Assembly (NCBI GenBank): GCA_965206595.1
Contig: OZ242214.1
Span: 3,744,001-3,808,000 of the forward strand
DNA from: Candidatus Latescibacterota bacterium
GTDB lineage: Bacteria > Latescibacterota > UBA2968 > UBA8231
Direction of reading: 5' to 3'
Length of the DNA: 64,000 bases
The notes beneath the pieces were generated by a model. It worked only from the letters and a program-made list of their open reading frames with translations, was not told where the DNA came from and did no database searches. Positions 48,222 through 56,793 of the stretch are shown one piece after another (positions within the stretch are counted from its first letter, which is position 1; the number at the start of each line of letters is the position of its first letter). The position numbers were made by a program, and so were the translations under genes.

Positions 48222-49136
48222 CTACCCGGTCCCGCTGCCTTCGGGTTGCGCCATCTCGTCCTTGTGCGGCGCCCGGTGGGGTGCCGGCTCCTGTCCCGGC
48301 TTCGTCAGGGTCGCGCCGTCGTCCTCGACCAGGGGCCGGCTGTACGCATAGGCCGGCTCCAGAGCGGCGCGTTGTACATCCGTCAGTTCACCCACCCACG
48401 CGGGCAGTGCGGTCTCGACGTAGTCCTGGTGGTAATTGAGGTATTTGGGGCCGTAGCGGTAGAAGAGGGAGCGCCGGTTGTGCTCCGCGGTCCAGGGCAG
48501 GGCCCCGTGGATGGTGGCTTCCAGGAAGATCACCAGATCCCCCGCCTTGCCGCCGACGTTGCGCACCACTTCCCGGTCGGTGTTGTAGAGCAGGATCTCT
48601 TCCGGGCATTTGTAATTCGCCTTGTGGCTGCCCGGTATCACCGCCAGCCCACCGTCTCCGGGATTGATATCCGCCAGCTGGAACTGAAAAACCGCCAGGC
48701 CCGTGCGGATCTCGCCGTTGGCATAGTGGTAGAACTGGCCTCCGTCGAATATCCGGCTGGTTGCACCGTGCAGGCCGTGGCCACCGGTACCCTTCCTGGC
48801 GAAGCTGATGAACGGCAGGTGGTCCATTCGCCACCCGCGGCCGAAGAGGGTATTGAGATAGGGGATGAGCTTCGCATGGGCGACCAGATCGCGGAAAGGC
48901 CGGCACCATGGCTGCTCCCATGTAAGCATTCCCTCTGCCGTGCCTTTCCCCAACTCCCCATCCATGCCGCCGCCGTACTGGGTCCCCTCTGGAAAGAAAC
49001 CCTCCGCTTCCTCGTCGACGTTGGCCTCCACGGCCTCGTTGAGGTCCCGTACTTCTTCGGCAGTCAGAAAGGCTTCCACATGCAGAAACCCCTGCAAATC
49101 CAGGAGGAACTTCTCGCGTTCGTCCATTTCGATCAT
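48222..49136 (-). CDS. PhyH-family Fe(II)/2-oxoglutarate oxygenase (HxA variant)
   Basis: EKFLLDLQGF, LHGA, FQLADI.PGDGG..VIPGSHKANY, AGDL.IF.EA..HG.LPW....RR..FYRY. Confidence 0.85.
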   Translation of the reverse strand: MIEMDEREKFLLDLQGFLHVEAFLTAEEVRDLNEAVEANVDEEAEGFFPEGTQYGGGMDGELGKGTAEGMLTWEQPWCRPFRDLVAHAKLIPYLNTLFGRGWRMDHLPFISFARKGTGGHGLHGATSRIFDGGQFYHYANGEIRTGLAVFQFQLADINPGDGGLAVIPGSHKANYKCPEEILLYNTDREVVRNVGGKAGDLVIFLEATIHGALPWTAEHNRRSLFYRYGPKYLNYHQDYVETALPAWVGELTDVQRAALEPAYAYSRPLVEDDGATLTKPGQEPAPHRAPHKDEMAQPEGSGTG

Positions 49137-49206
49137 GGCAATCGACCCTATCGGACAGGGGGAAAGGCGACAGTCGGCGGCGTAAGGAGAGCTGACGCTT
49201 GCAATC

Positions 49207-49965
49207 CTATTCCACTACCGCTTCCCGCAGAGCTTCGATCTGGGAATCGCCGAGGCCGATGGCGCGGGCGTACTCTTCGACGCCGCCGTGTCGCTCATCG
49301 AGATCCCCCAGCACGCCCAGCATGATCCCGGGAGGGCAGGTCCGGGCCTGGTATTCCTGCCAGGTGATCTCCCTTGCGGAAATTTCCGGGTTGTCGTCCA
49401 GGTAGCGGGCAAGCAGGAACCGGCCGCTCAGGCTGTAGTCCCGGGCGATGACCTCGTAAGGTACTCCGGCTATTCCAAGGACCAGCGCCGCAATCATTCC
49501 CGTCCTGTCGGTTCCGGCCGAACAGTGGAAGAGGGCCGGCAACGAGTCGGGCAGGGCGAGGAGCGACAGGATCTCGCGCACCTGCGGACCGCGCCTGTCG
49601 AGGATGAGGGTGTACGCCCGGCGCTTGGTCTCGGCCACCCCCTCCGGCCGGGTAATGTCCGCCGCTTCCCGCCAGGGGTCGTCCCCGACCATGTTCTGAT
49701 GGTACCAGGTCACCCGGTCCGACCTCAGGAAGGGATGGCCCAGGGTCTGCAGCTCCACGCTCTTGCGCAGGTCGACGACCGTGCGAAGGCCGTAGTCGAG
49801 AAGGGCCTGCTGCGAGTCCGCATCGAGCCGGTGCAGGGAGTCGGCCCGCAGCAGCCTTCCCCAGCGGGTCCGCCTTCCGTCCCGCGTCTCGTAGCTCCCC
49901 AGATCCCGGATGTTGTAGCTCCCCGGGATGTTCAGTCGTCGTCTCGGATCGAGGCCGTCATCCAT
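49207..49965 (-). CDS. Tyrosine-protein phosphatase (MptpB/LipA-like)
   Basis: NIRDLG.Y, LRADSL, VDLR, P-loop HCSAGTDRTG, I..DY.LS. Confidence 0.88.
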   Translation of the reverse strand: MDDGLDPRRRLNIPGSYNIRDLGSYETRDGRRTRWGRLLRADSLHRLDADSQQALLDYGLRTVVDLRKSVELQTLGHPFLRSDRVTWYHQNMVGDDPWREAADITRPEGVAETKRRAYTLILDRRGPQVREILSLLALPDSLPALFHCSAGTDRTGMIAALVLGIAGVPYEVIARDYSLSGRFLLARYLDDNPEISAREITWQEYQARTCPPGIMLGVLGDLDERHGGVEEYARAIGLGDSQIEALREAVVE

Positions 49966-49998
49966 TGGGGCACCTGCCTCCATTAGTGCAAACGGGGG

Positions 49999-51360
49999 TC
50001 AATACTGGCTTTCCCTCGTCGTCAGCGGACACCACCTGAACATATCGAGGTATTCGATCAACGCATCGGTGGCTTCCTGCGTGCCTGCGCGCCTCAACAC
50101 CAGCACCGCCTTCGCCCGAACGTAGCGGTTCTCGTGGTGCAAATACCGGGGCATCCTCGGCACGACTTCGGCAGCCTGCGGACCCAGCTTCGCCAGGGCC
50201 AGCAGACAGTGGCGGACCACCCAATCATCGGGATCGTCGAGGGCGTCGACGAGAGACGGGATCGCCGCCGTCGCCGCGTCCCCGACATTGCCGAGCGCGT
50301 AGGCGGCCCTGATGCGGACCTGGTCGTCCTCGTCTTTCAGAGCAGCCTGCAGTGTTGCGACCGCCGGCGCCGCCGGCAGGCCCATGTCCCCCAGAACATC
50401 GACGGCCGCGGCCCTGGTCTCGGGGCGCTCCGCCCCGGCCGCTTCCTCGAGCGCCGACACCGCCGCCGGGCCGACTGCCGCCAGGCCGTAGCCGGCGTTT
50501 CGCCGCAAGTCCTCGTCGTCGGATGACAACCGCGCAATCAGCCCGGGCACCGCCGGCGCGCCCATGGCAGCGAGGGCATAGGCTGCCTGCAAGCAGGTAG
50601 TCTCATTTCCATCCGAGAGCCGCGCGGCCAGCTCACCGTCATCGCCGCCCTGCCCTCGAGCGCCGGCGCCGTTGCCTCCGGCGCTCCATTCCCACATCGC
50701 TTTCCACATGGGGTCGCGGCGATCGTCCGTTTCCGGCCAACGGAGATCGTCCGAATCCCAGGTCGGCGAATCGGGTTCCTCCATGCGCGCAAAGAGGAAC
50801 TTGAACATGAAACGCTGCCCATTGCCCGTTTTCTCCGACCTGCGATGCCACAGATCGTAGTGAACGATGGTTACGGTGCCGGCTGCCCCACAGAGGGGTA
50901 TCTCCTCTCCCACCTCGGAGTCCGGCTCGCGGTTGTAGTATTGCGAACCGGGAACCACCGTGGTCGGGCCCAGCTCGAGGGTGGTGTCCTGCGGATAGTA
51001 GAAGGCCATGCACCAGCGGGTGCGGTGATGACGCTGACTCCTGCCGTCCTTGTGCAGGGGCGACTGCGCTTCGGCGTGGACAGGACGGCGGTGACAGTAG
51101 CGGTTGGCGTTGAGATCGTATCCGGCCCCCAGTATGCTGCCGAGAGTGCCGCTAACCCTGGGATGGCTGAGGACCTGTTGCAGCTCCGGCACCACCGCAA
51201 GGATGTTGTTTCCCGGATTCCCCGCGATTTCCATCGCTTTCTCCGTGCGCTCGAAGACGGTCTCGTGAAAGTCGGCGGGCATGTCCGCCTCGAAGGTGAT
51301 GCAGCCTTTGCGGAGGAACTCCCGCATGCCATCGTCGCTCAACATTTCCCTGTTGGCCAT
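49999..51360 (-). CDS. PhyH-family dioxygenase fused to HEAT/PBS-lyase repeats
   Basis: LHKDG, FYYPQD..LE.GPT.VVPGS, HYDLWHR; C-terminal repeats AAYALG.VG..A..AIP.L..AL.D.D..V; alternative start 51417. Confidence 0.85.
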   Translation of the reverse strand: MANREMLSDDGMREFLRKGCITFEADMPADFHETVFERTEKAMEIAGNPGNNILAVVPELQQVLSHPRVSGTLGSILGAGYDLNANRYCHRRPVHAEAQSPLHKDGRSQRHHRTRWCMAFYYPQDTTLELGPTTVVPGSQYYNREPDSEVGEEIPLCGAAGTVTIVHYDLWHRRSEKTGNGQRFMFKFLFARMEEPDSPTWDSDDLRWPETDDRRDPMWKAMWEWSAGGNGAGARGQGGDDGELAARLSDGNETTCLQAAYALAAMGAPAVPGLIARLSSDDEDLRRNAGYGLAAVGPAAVSALEEAAGAERPETRAAAVDVLGDMGLPAAPAVATLQAALKDEDDQVRIRAAYALGNVGDAATAAIPSLVDALDDPDDWVVRHCLLALAKLGPQAAEVVPRMPRYLHHENRYVRAKAVLVLRRAGTQEATDALIEYLDMFRWCPLTTRESQY

Positions 51361-51478
51361 TTCAGCTGCTCCGTGCCTGACCCGGTAGCCGGGAACGGTT
51401 GTCGTAACGGCGGGCATGCGGCATGGCGACCTCCACCTGTTCGATGCGCGAATTGTTCGAGTATGCCCGAATGCTGTT

Positions 51479-51494
51479 GCAAAAACGTTTTTCT
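51479..51494. promoter_or_regulatory. Putative LacI-family operator
   Basis: Perfect 12-bp palindrome AAAAACGTTTTT (51481-51492) with central CG in a divergent intergenic region. Confidence 0.45.
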
Positions 51495-51624
51495 AACCAA
51501 ACTTTCGGCCGACACGCCTCAACAGCACGAGCGAGGCAGGGAATTTCCCCAAACACGACTTCCCGCTCAAGGAAATTCTCTCCCCCCTCCACTGGCAGCC
51601 ATACGAAACCGGGCAATCGCTCCC

Positions 51625-53592
51625 TTGTCTCAAGAAGAATCGGAACAGCCGGCCTCGGGAGTGACGCCGCGTTCGCTGGCGATCGGCGCCGGACTCAGCC
51701 TGGTGATCGGGCTGGGGGTGCCCTACGGCGCCCTGGTCATCATGGGCAGCCAGATGAGCTCGTTGAACGCTCCGGCCGCCTTCTTCCTGTTCTTTTTGTG
51801 GGTCGGCGTCGCCCAGGTGGTGCTGGGATTGATCCACCGCAGGCTCGCCCTTGGCCGGGGAGAGCTGCTGACCATCTACATCATGATGGTCGTCGCCACG
51901 GCGTTTTCGGGCGGCGAGCGCAACGGGTTCTGCCTGATGCTGCTGTCGTCGACCGCCGGTATCCGTTACCTCGCCACGCCGGAAAACAACTGGGGCGAGC
52001 GGGTTCACCCCTACGTCGCCGAGTGGATGGTCCCCCGGGACGAGTTGGGGATCCGCTGGTTTTTCGAGGGGATGCCCGAGGGGGAGTCCATCCCCTGGGA
52101 CATGTGGTTGCCGCCCCTGTTCTGGTGGCTGCTGTTCATGGTGGCGCTGTGGATGGTCAGCATCTGCACCATGGTGATTCTCCGCCGCCAGTGGGTCGAA
52201 CACGAGCACCTGATCTATCCCCTAACCAAGGTTCCCCTGGCGATGGTCGAACCGCCGCCGCAGGGTTCGCTGGTGGCGCCCTTTTTCCGGAAGGGTCTGA
52301 TGTGGGTCGGGTTGCTGATATCGTTCGGCCGCGAGAGCCTCAACGCGCTGAACCACTACTTCCCGTTCGTTCCCGTCATCCCGAGGTATTTCGGGGGAAT
52401 TCAATTACTGCGAGGAACTTCGCGCGCCTATTTCTCGCTGAACCTGATGATCCTGGGGTTCGCCTATTTCCTCAAGGCGGACGTCATGCTCGGGATGTGG
52501 GTGTTCCACCTGCTGCGGCGCCTGCAGGAAGGTGTGCTGCACATGACCGGCGCCGGCATCGGGGAATCGCTGTCCCGCTATGGCGGCGGCGGCGGGGTAA
52601 ACGGAATCCTCGCCCACCAGAGCATAGGGGCGATGATTGCGCTGGTGCTCTTCGGGCTGTGGATCGCACGGGAACATCTGCAGGCGGTTTTCCGCAAGGC
52701 GTTCCGCGGGGACGCGTCCGTCGACGATTCCGGTGAGATCCTGTCCTACCGCACCGCCGTGTGGGGGATGATCGTCGGCCTGGCCGTGATGATCCTGTGG
52801 CTGTGGCGCGCCGGACTTCCCCTGTGGGCGGGGCCGCTGTTCCTGTTCGGGGTGCTGGTGACCTTCGTCAGCCTGACGCGCATCATCGCCGAGGCCGGCC
52901 TGCCCATGGTGTTTCCCCGCAACATCCCCCTGGACTTCGTGGTCTCCGGGATCGGGGTGCGCTACCTGGGGCCTGCGGGGATGGCGGCGCTGGGTCCCAC
53001 GGTGATATGGACGGAATCGCTGGCGAGCACGATGATGGCGCACACCGCCACCGGGTTGAAGCTCAGCGGCGAGATCGCCCATCGGAAGCGCTGGCTGTTG
53101 CTGGCAATCGCCGTCGCCATCGCCGTCTCCGGGATCAGCACCTTCTGGACCTCGTTGGCGATTTCCTATGGCGAGGGGGGAATCAACGTCGCTCGCTTCG
53201 TGGAAGGGTTGCCGGACTTCACCTGGGAGTACGTGGGGCTGCGGGTCGACGAGAACGCGGGACCGAACTGGCTGGGTTGGCTCATCCGGCTGTCCGGGGC
53301 GGGGGTGATGGCGGGCCTTCTCTTTCTGAACCGCCGTTTCCTGTGGTGGCCGCTGCACCCTCTCGGGTTCGTCGTCAGCATGGACCGGGTGATGGACACC
53401 GCCTGGTTTCCGGTCTTTCTGGCCTGGCTGCTGAAGATCGTCCTCCTGAAGTATGGCGGCCTCAAGGCCTATCGGGCGCTGTGGCCCCTGTTCTACGGGT
53501 TGATCCTCGGCCAGTTCGTCGCCGGGGGATTCTGGCTGATCGTCGACTACTTCACGGGGACGACGGGCAATGGACTGGGTATGGCTTACTAG
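51625..53592 (+). CDS. DUF6785/DUF6784 family OPT-like polytopic membrane protein
   Basis: ELLTIYIM, IPW..W..PL..W, ILRRQWVE.E.L.YPL, RI.AEAG, WWPLHPLG, F.AWL.K..L.KYGG...YR...P.F.GLILG; start estimated (TTG 51625 or GTG 51661). Confidence 0.8.
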   Translation: MSQEESEQPASGVTPRSLAIGAGLSLVIGLGVPYGALVIMGSQMSSLNAPAAFFLFFLWVGVAQVVLGLIHRRLALGRGELLTIYIMMVVATAFSGGERNGFCLMLLSSTAGIRYLATPENNWGERVHPYVAEWMVPRDELGIRWFFEGMPEGESIPWDMWLPPLFWWLLFMVALWMVSICTMVILRRQWVEHEHLIYPLTKVPLAMVEPPPQGSLVAPFFRKGLMWVGLLISFGRESLNALNHYFPFVPVIPRYFGGIQLLRGTSRAYFSLNLMILGFAYFLKADVMLGMWVFHLLRRLQEGVLHMTGAGIGESLSRYGGGGGVNGILAHQSIGAMIALVLFGLWIAREHLQAVFRKAFRGDASVDDSGEILSYRTAVWGMIVGLAVMILWLWRAGLPLWAGPLFLFGVLVTFVSLTRIIAEAGLPMVFPRNIPLDFVVSGIGVRYLGPAGMAALGPTVIWTESLASTMMAHTATGLKLSGEIAHRKRWLLLAIAVAIAVSGISTFWTSLAISYGEGGINVARFVEGLPDFTWEYVGLRVDENAGPNWLGWLIRLSGAGVMAGLLFLNRRFLWWPLHPLGFVVSMDRVMDTAWFPVFLAWLLKIVLLKYGGLKAYRALWPLFYGLILGQFVAGGFWLIVDYFTGTTGNGLGMAY

Positions 53593-54881
53593 TGTCATGT
53601 CGTGTAATTAACTGTACAAACAATTGAAAGTGCCGTAGGTTTCCCTTATCCCCCTTCTGAAAGGAGAGACCTATGGTGACGGGGCGTCCATTAACGCCGT
53701 TAGAGCTGAGTCCGTCGGACCGGGAACGACTGGAATCGATGGCCAAATCACGAAGTCTTCCCCACGGATTGGTGCGGCGAGCCGAGATGGTGCTGCTGGC
53801 CGCCGATGGCTGGCCCAATGAAGCGGTCGCTTCCGCGGTGGGTGTGACGCGAGCTACGGTGGGCAAATGGCGCCGGCGTTTTCTCGACAACGGACTCAAT
53901 GGCTTGTATGATGAACTACGTTCAGGGGCGCCGCGATCGATCACGGACGAGCAGGTAGCCGAGGTGGTATACAAGACCCTGAAGACAAGCCCAAAGACGA
54001 AACACAGTGGTCGGTGCGCTCCATGGGCGAAGAAACCGGCCTGACCAAGGACGCGGTTCATCGCATTTGGCGCACGTATGGTTTGCAGCCCCATCGACAC
54101 AAGCGCTTCAAGCTTTGAAGACCAAGCCCAAAGACGAAACACAGTGGTCGGTGCGCTCCATGGGCGAAGAAACCGGCCTGACCAAGGACGCGGTTCATCG
54201 CATTTGGCGCACGTATGGTTTGCAGCCCCATCGACACAAGCGCGATCCTTTCTTTGTCGACAAAGTACGGGATATCGTCGGCTTGTACCTGAATCCCCCC
54301 GAGCACGCCCTGGTGCTGTGCGTGGACGAGAAGAGCCAGATCCAGGCGTTGGAACGAAGTCAGCCCATGCTGCCCCTGGGACTGGGATACGTGGAAGGGA
54401 TTACGCACGACTACAAGCGGCACGGCACCACCACCCTGTTTGCCGCCCTGGACATCGCCACCGGGGAAGTGATGACCCAGTGCAAGCCCCGTCATCGTCA
54501 CCAGGAGTTCCTCCAGTTCCTGCGCCACATCGAGGCCAACGTGCCCGCTGACCTCGATATTCATCTCGTCGTCGACAACTACGCCACGCATAAGCATGCC
54601 AAGGTCAAGCGATGGCTGGCACGGCGTCCCCGATTTCACCTTCACTACACTCCCACGTATGCTTCGTGGCTCAATCAGGTGGAGATCTGGTTCAATATCC
54701 TCACCCGCCAGGCGGTTCGGCGCGATTCGTTCCGCAAGGTGTCGGAGCTCATCGAGCGAATCGAACGCTACACGGCCAAATGGAACGCCAACGCACACCC
54801 TTTCGTCTGGACGGCTACGGCGGATTCCATCCTCGCCAAAATCAAGAGACTTTGTGAACGAATCTCTGCGACAGGACACTA
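53590..54881 (+). mobile_element. IS630-family insertion sequence (transposase disrupted by an internal duplication and frameshift)
   Basis: Ends CTAGTGTCATGTC...GACAGGACACTAG; HTH ORF 53673-54044; DDE motifs [43 protein letters not shown]. Confidence 0.93.
53980..54243. repeat. ~127-bp tandem duplication inside the IS630 transposase
   Basis: 53980-54106 and 54116-54243 are identical except for one C missing in the first copy. Confidence 0.9.
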
Positions 54882-55005
54882 GTTTCCGGCCAGCTCTTGA
54901 TCCGCGGAAGAGTGTCTTAGGTATTTGTTCTGTAGCAGACAAGGAGCGTGGAATTGCACCCACTTCCGAGAAAGACCTCCATGCGCACTCCCCTGATAAA
55001 CGCCG

Positions 55006-55755
55006 ATGGCTGACCCCCGCGTCGTCATGACCGGCGCCGCCGGCAACGTCGGCACCACCCTGTGGCGGGCCTGGGAGGAAGAAGACCGCTACGAACTCAC
55101 CCTGACCGATCGCCAACCGATCGAGGGGGCACGGTCGAGGACCGAGATCGGCGACGTCCGCGATCCCGGATTCATGCGCAGGATCTGCCGCGACCAGGAC
55201 GTACTCCTTCACCTGGCCTTTCTGAGGGACGGGAACGGACCCGACAGCGGCGCGTCGACCGATATCGGGCTGTCGCTGGCGCTGTGGGAGACCGCCCGCA
55301 ATTCCGGCATCGGCAGGATCGTGTTTGCCAGTACGAACAAGGTCACCAACTGCAACCGGAATGAAGGGGGCCTTTCGGCGTTGCAGACACCGGATCAGTT
55401 CAATCCCGACAGCTGGTACGGCGCCATGAAAGGGATGGCCGAGATCGGCGGCCGCATGATGGCGAATTCCGGTGACATGCGCTTTGTCGCCATCCGCATC
55501 GGCACCTACACGGGGGAAACCGAACCGGACACTCTGCGCGCCTGCGCCTACCTGCTGTCGCCGCGCGACTGCGTCCAGCTCTTCGGCCTCGCCGTGGACT
55601 ACAGGGGACCGGAGAAGTTCATCGTCACCTACGGAACCTCCGGCAACGCCTGGGGCCGTCACCGCGGCCCCCTCGACATCAGCCCGGCGGTCGAAATCCT
55701 CGGATACGAACCCAGGGACAACATGATGCAGTTCCGCAGCCGCTTCGAGAGCTGA
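55006..55755 (+). CDS. NAD-dependent epimerase/dehydratase, uronate-dehydrogenase-like
   Basis: VMTGAAGNVG, RIVFAST, PDSWYGAMK..AE, IRIG, LSPRD..QL. Confidence 0.85.
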   Translation: MADPRVVMTGAAGNVGTTLWRAWEEEDRYELTLTDRQPIEGARSRTEIGDVRDPGFMRRICRDQDVLLHLAFLRDGNGPDSGASTDIGLSLALWETARNSGIGRIVFASTNKVTNCNRNEGGLSALQTPDQFNPDSWYGAMKGMAEIGGRMMANSGDMRFVAIRIGTYTGETEPDTLRACAYLLSPRDCVQLFGLAVDYRGPEKFIVTYGTSGNAWGRHRGPLDISPAVEILGYEPRDNMMQFRSRFES

Positions 55756-55798
55756 CCGGCATGTCGCAACTGCGCCTGGCCCGCAGAATGGAGGAACC

Positions 55799-56623
55799 AT
55801 GATCATCGACGCCCACCTTCACGTCTGGAGCGACGACTTCGAAAGCTATCCCTTTGCCGAGGGGGTGGAGGAGAAGGAAGGAGCACCGGTGGAGCTGTTG
55901 AACGAGACCATGGACGAGGCGGGAGTGGACAAGGCCGTGATCGTCCAGCCGGTCTATTACCTCTACGACAACCGCTACTTGGCGGAGTGTCTGCGGCGTT
56001 TCCCGGGGAAGTTCGCCGCCATCGGTCTGGTCGACCGCCATGCCCCGGATGCGCCCGACCAGCTCCAGCACCTTGTCGAGGAGCACGGGTTCGGCGGCCT
56101 GCGCATTCACCTGTCCCGGCCCGACGATCCTGCGGAATGGGCCGCCCACCACCAGGACCGGACATGGCGGCGGGCGGAGGAGTTGGGGGCCTGCTTCATC
56201 GTCTACGGACCGGCCGCCCTTCTGCCGGCCGTCGAACCCATCATCGCCCGCTTCCCCGGAGTCAAGGTCGTTCTCGACCACATGGGCCGCGCTCCCACCG
56301 ACGAAGATCCACCCTACCCGCTCCTCGGCATCGTCCTGAACCTGGCCCGGTATCCCAACGTGTACGTCAAGTTCACCCCCCAGGGGCTCAGCCCGAAGCT
56401 GCCCTATCCCCACCGGGACACCTTCCCTACCTTCCGGCGAATCTACGATGCCTACGGTCCCGAGCGCCTGATGTGGGGGACCGACTTCCCGCACGTGCTG
56501 AAAACCCCGGGATATCCCCCCGCGCTGGAGCTGTTCCGGACCCACATGGATTTTTTCACCGAGGAGGACAGGGAGTGGCTGTTCTGCAAGACCGCCCTCA
56601 CCGTCTGGACCTTTGCAACCTGA
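55799..56623 (+). CDS. Amidohydrolase_2 family protein (sugar-lactonase-like)
   Basis: IIDAHLHVW, AVIVQP, DNRYL, VLDHMG, YPNVYVK, RLMWGTDFP. Confidence 0.88.
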   Translation: MIIDAHLHVWSDDFESYPFAEGVEEKEGAPVELLNETMDEAGVDKAVIVQPVYYLYDNRYLAECLRRFPGKFAAIGLVDRHAPDAPDQLQHLVEEHGFGGLRIHLSRPDDPAEWAAHHQDRTWRRAEELGACFIVYGPAALLPAVEPIIARFPGVKVVLDHMGRAPTDEDPPYPLLGIVLNLARYPNVYVKFTPQGLSPKLPYPHRDTFPTFRRIYDAYGPERLMWGTDFPHVLKTPGYPPALELFRTHMDFFTEEDREWLFCKTALTVWTFAT

Positions 56624-56793
56624 GGCTCGATCCGCACCGTCTGCCGGCACCCCGAACCATGGCTTCTCCGGGCACGGGGACGAGCCCCGTACCGTCCCTG
56701 ATAGTTTCCAGCTTCCGCTTTGCCCGGTTCCGACCCTCGTCATTCGCTGACTAAAAAACGATTCCCTGGAAATCGACAAGAACAGGAGAAACG

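Noticed and set aside
50845-51624. N-terminal extension of the 915-aa ORF
   Set aside because: Antisense to the PhyH-HEAT gene; family-like sequence starts near 51625-51661
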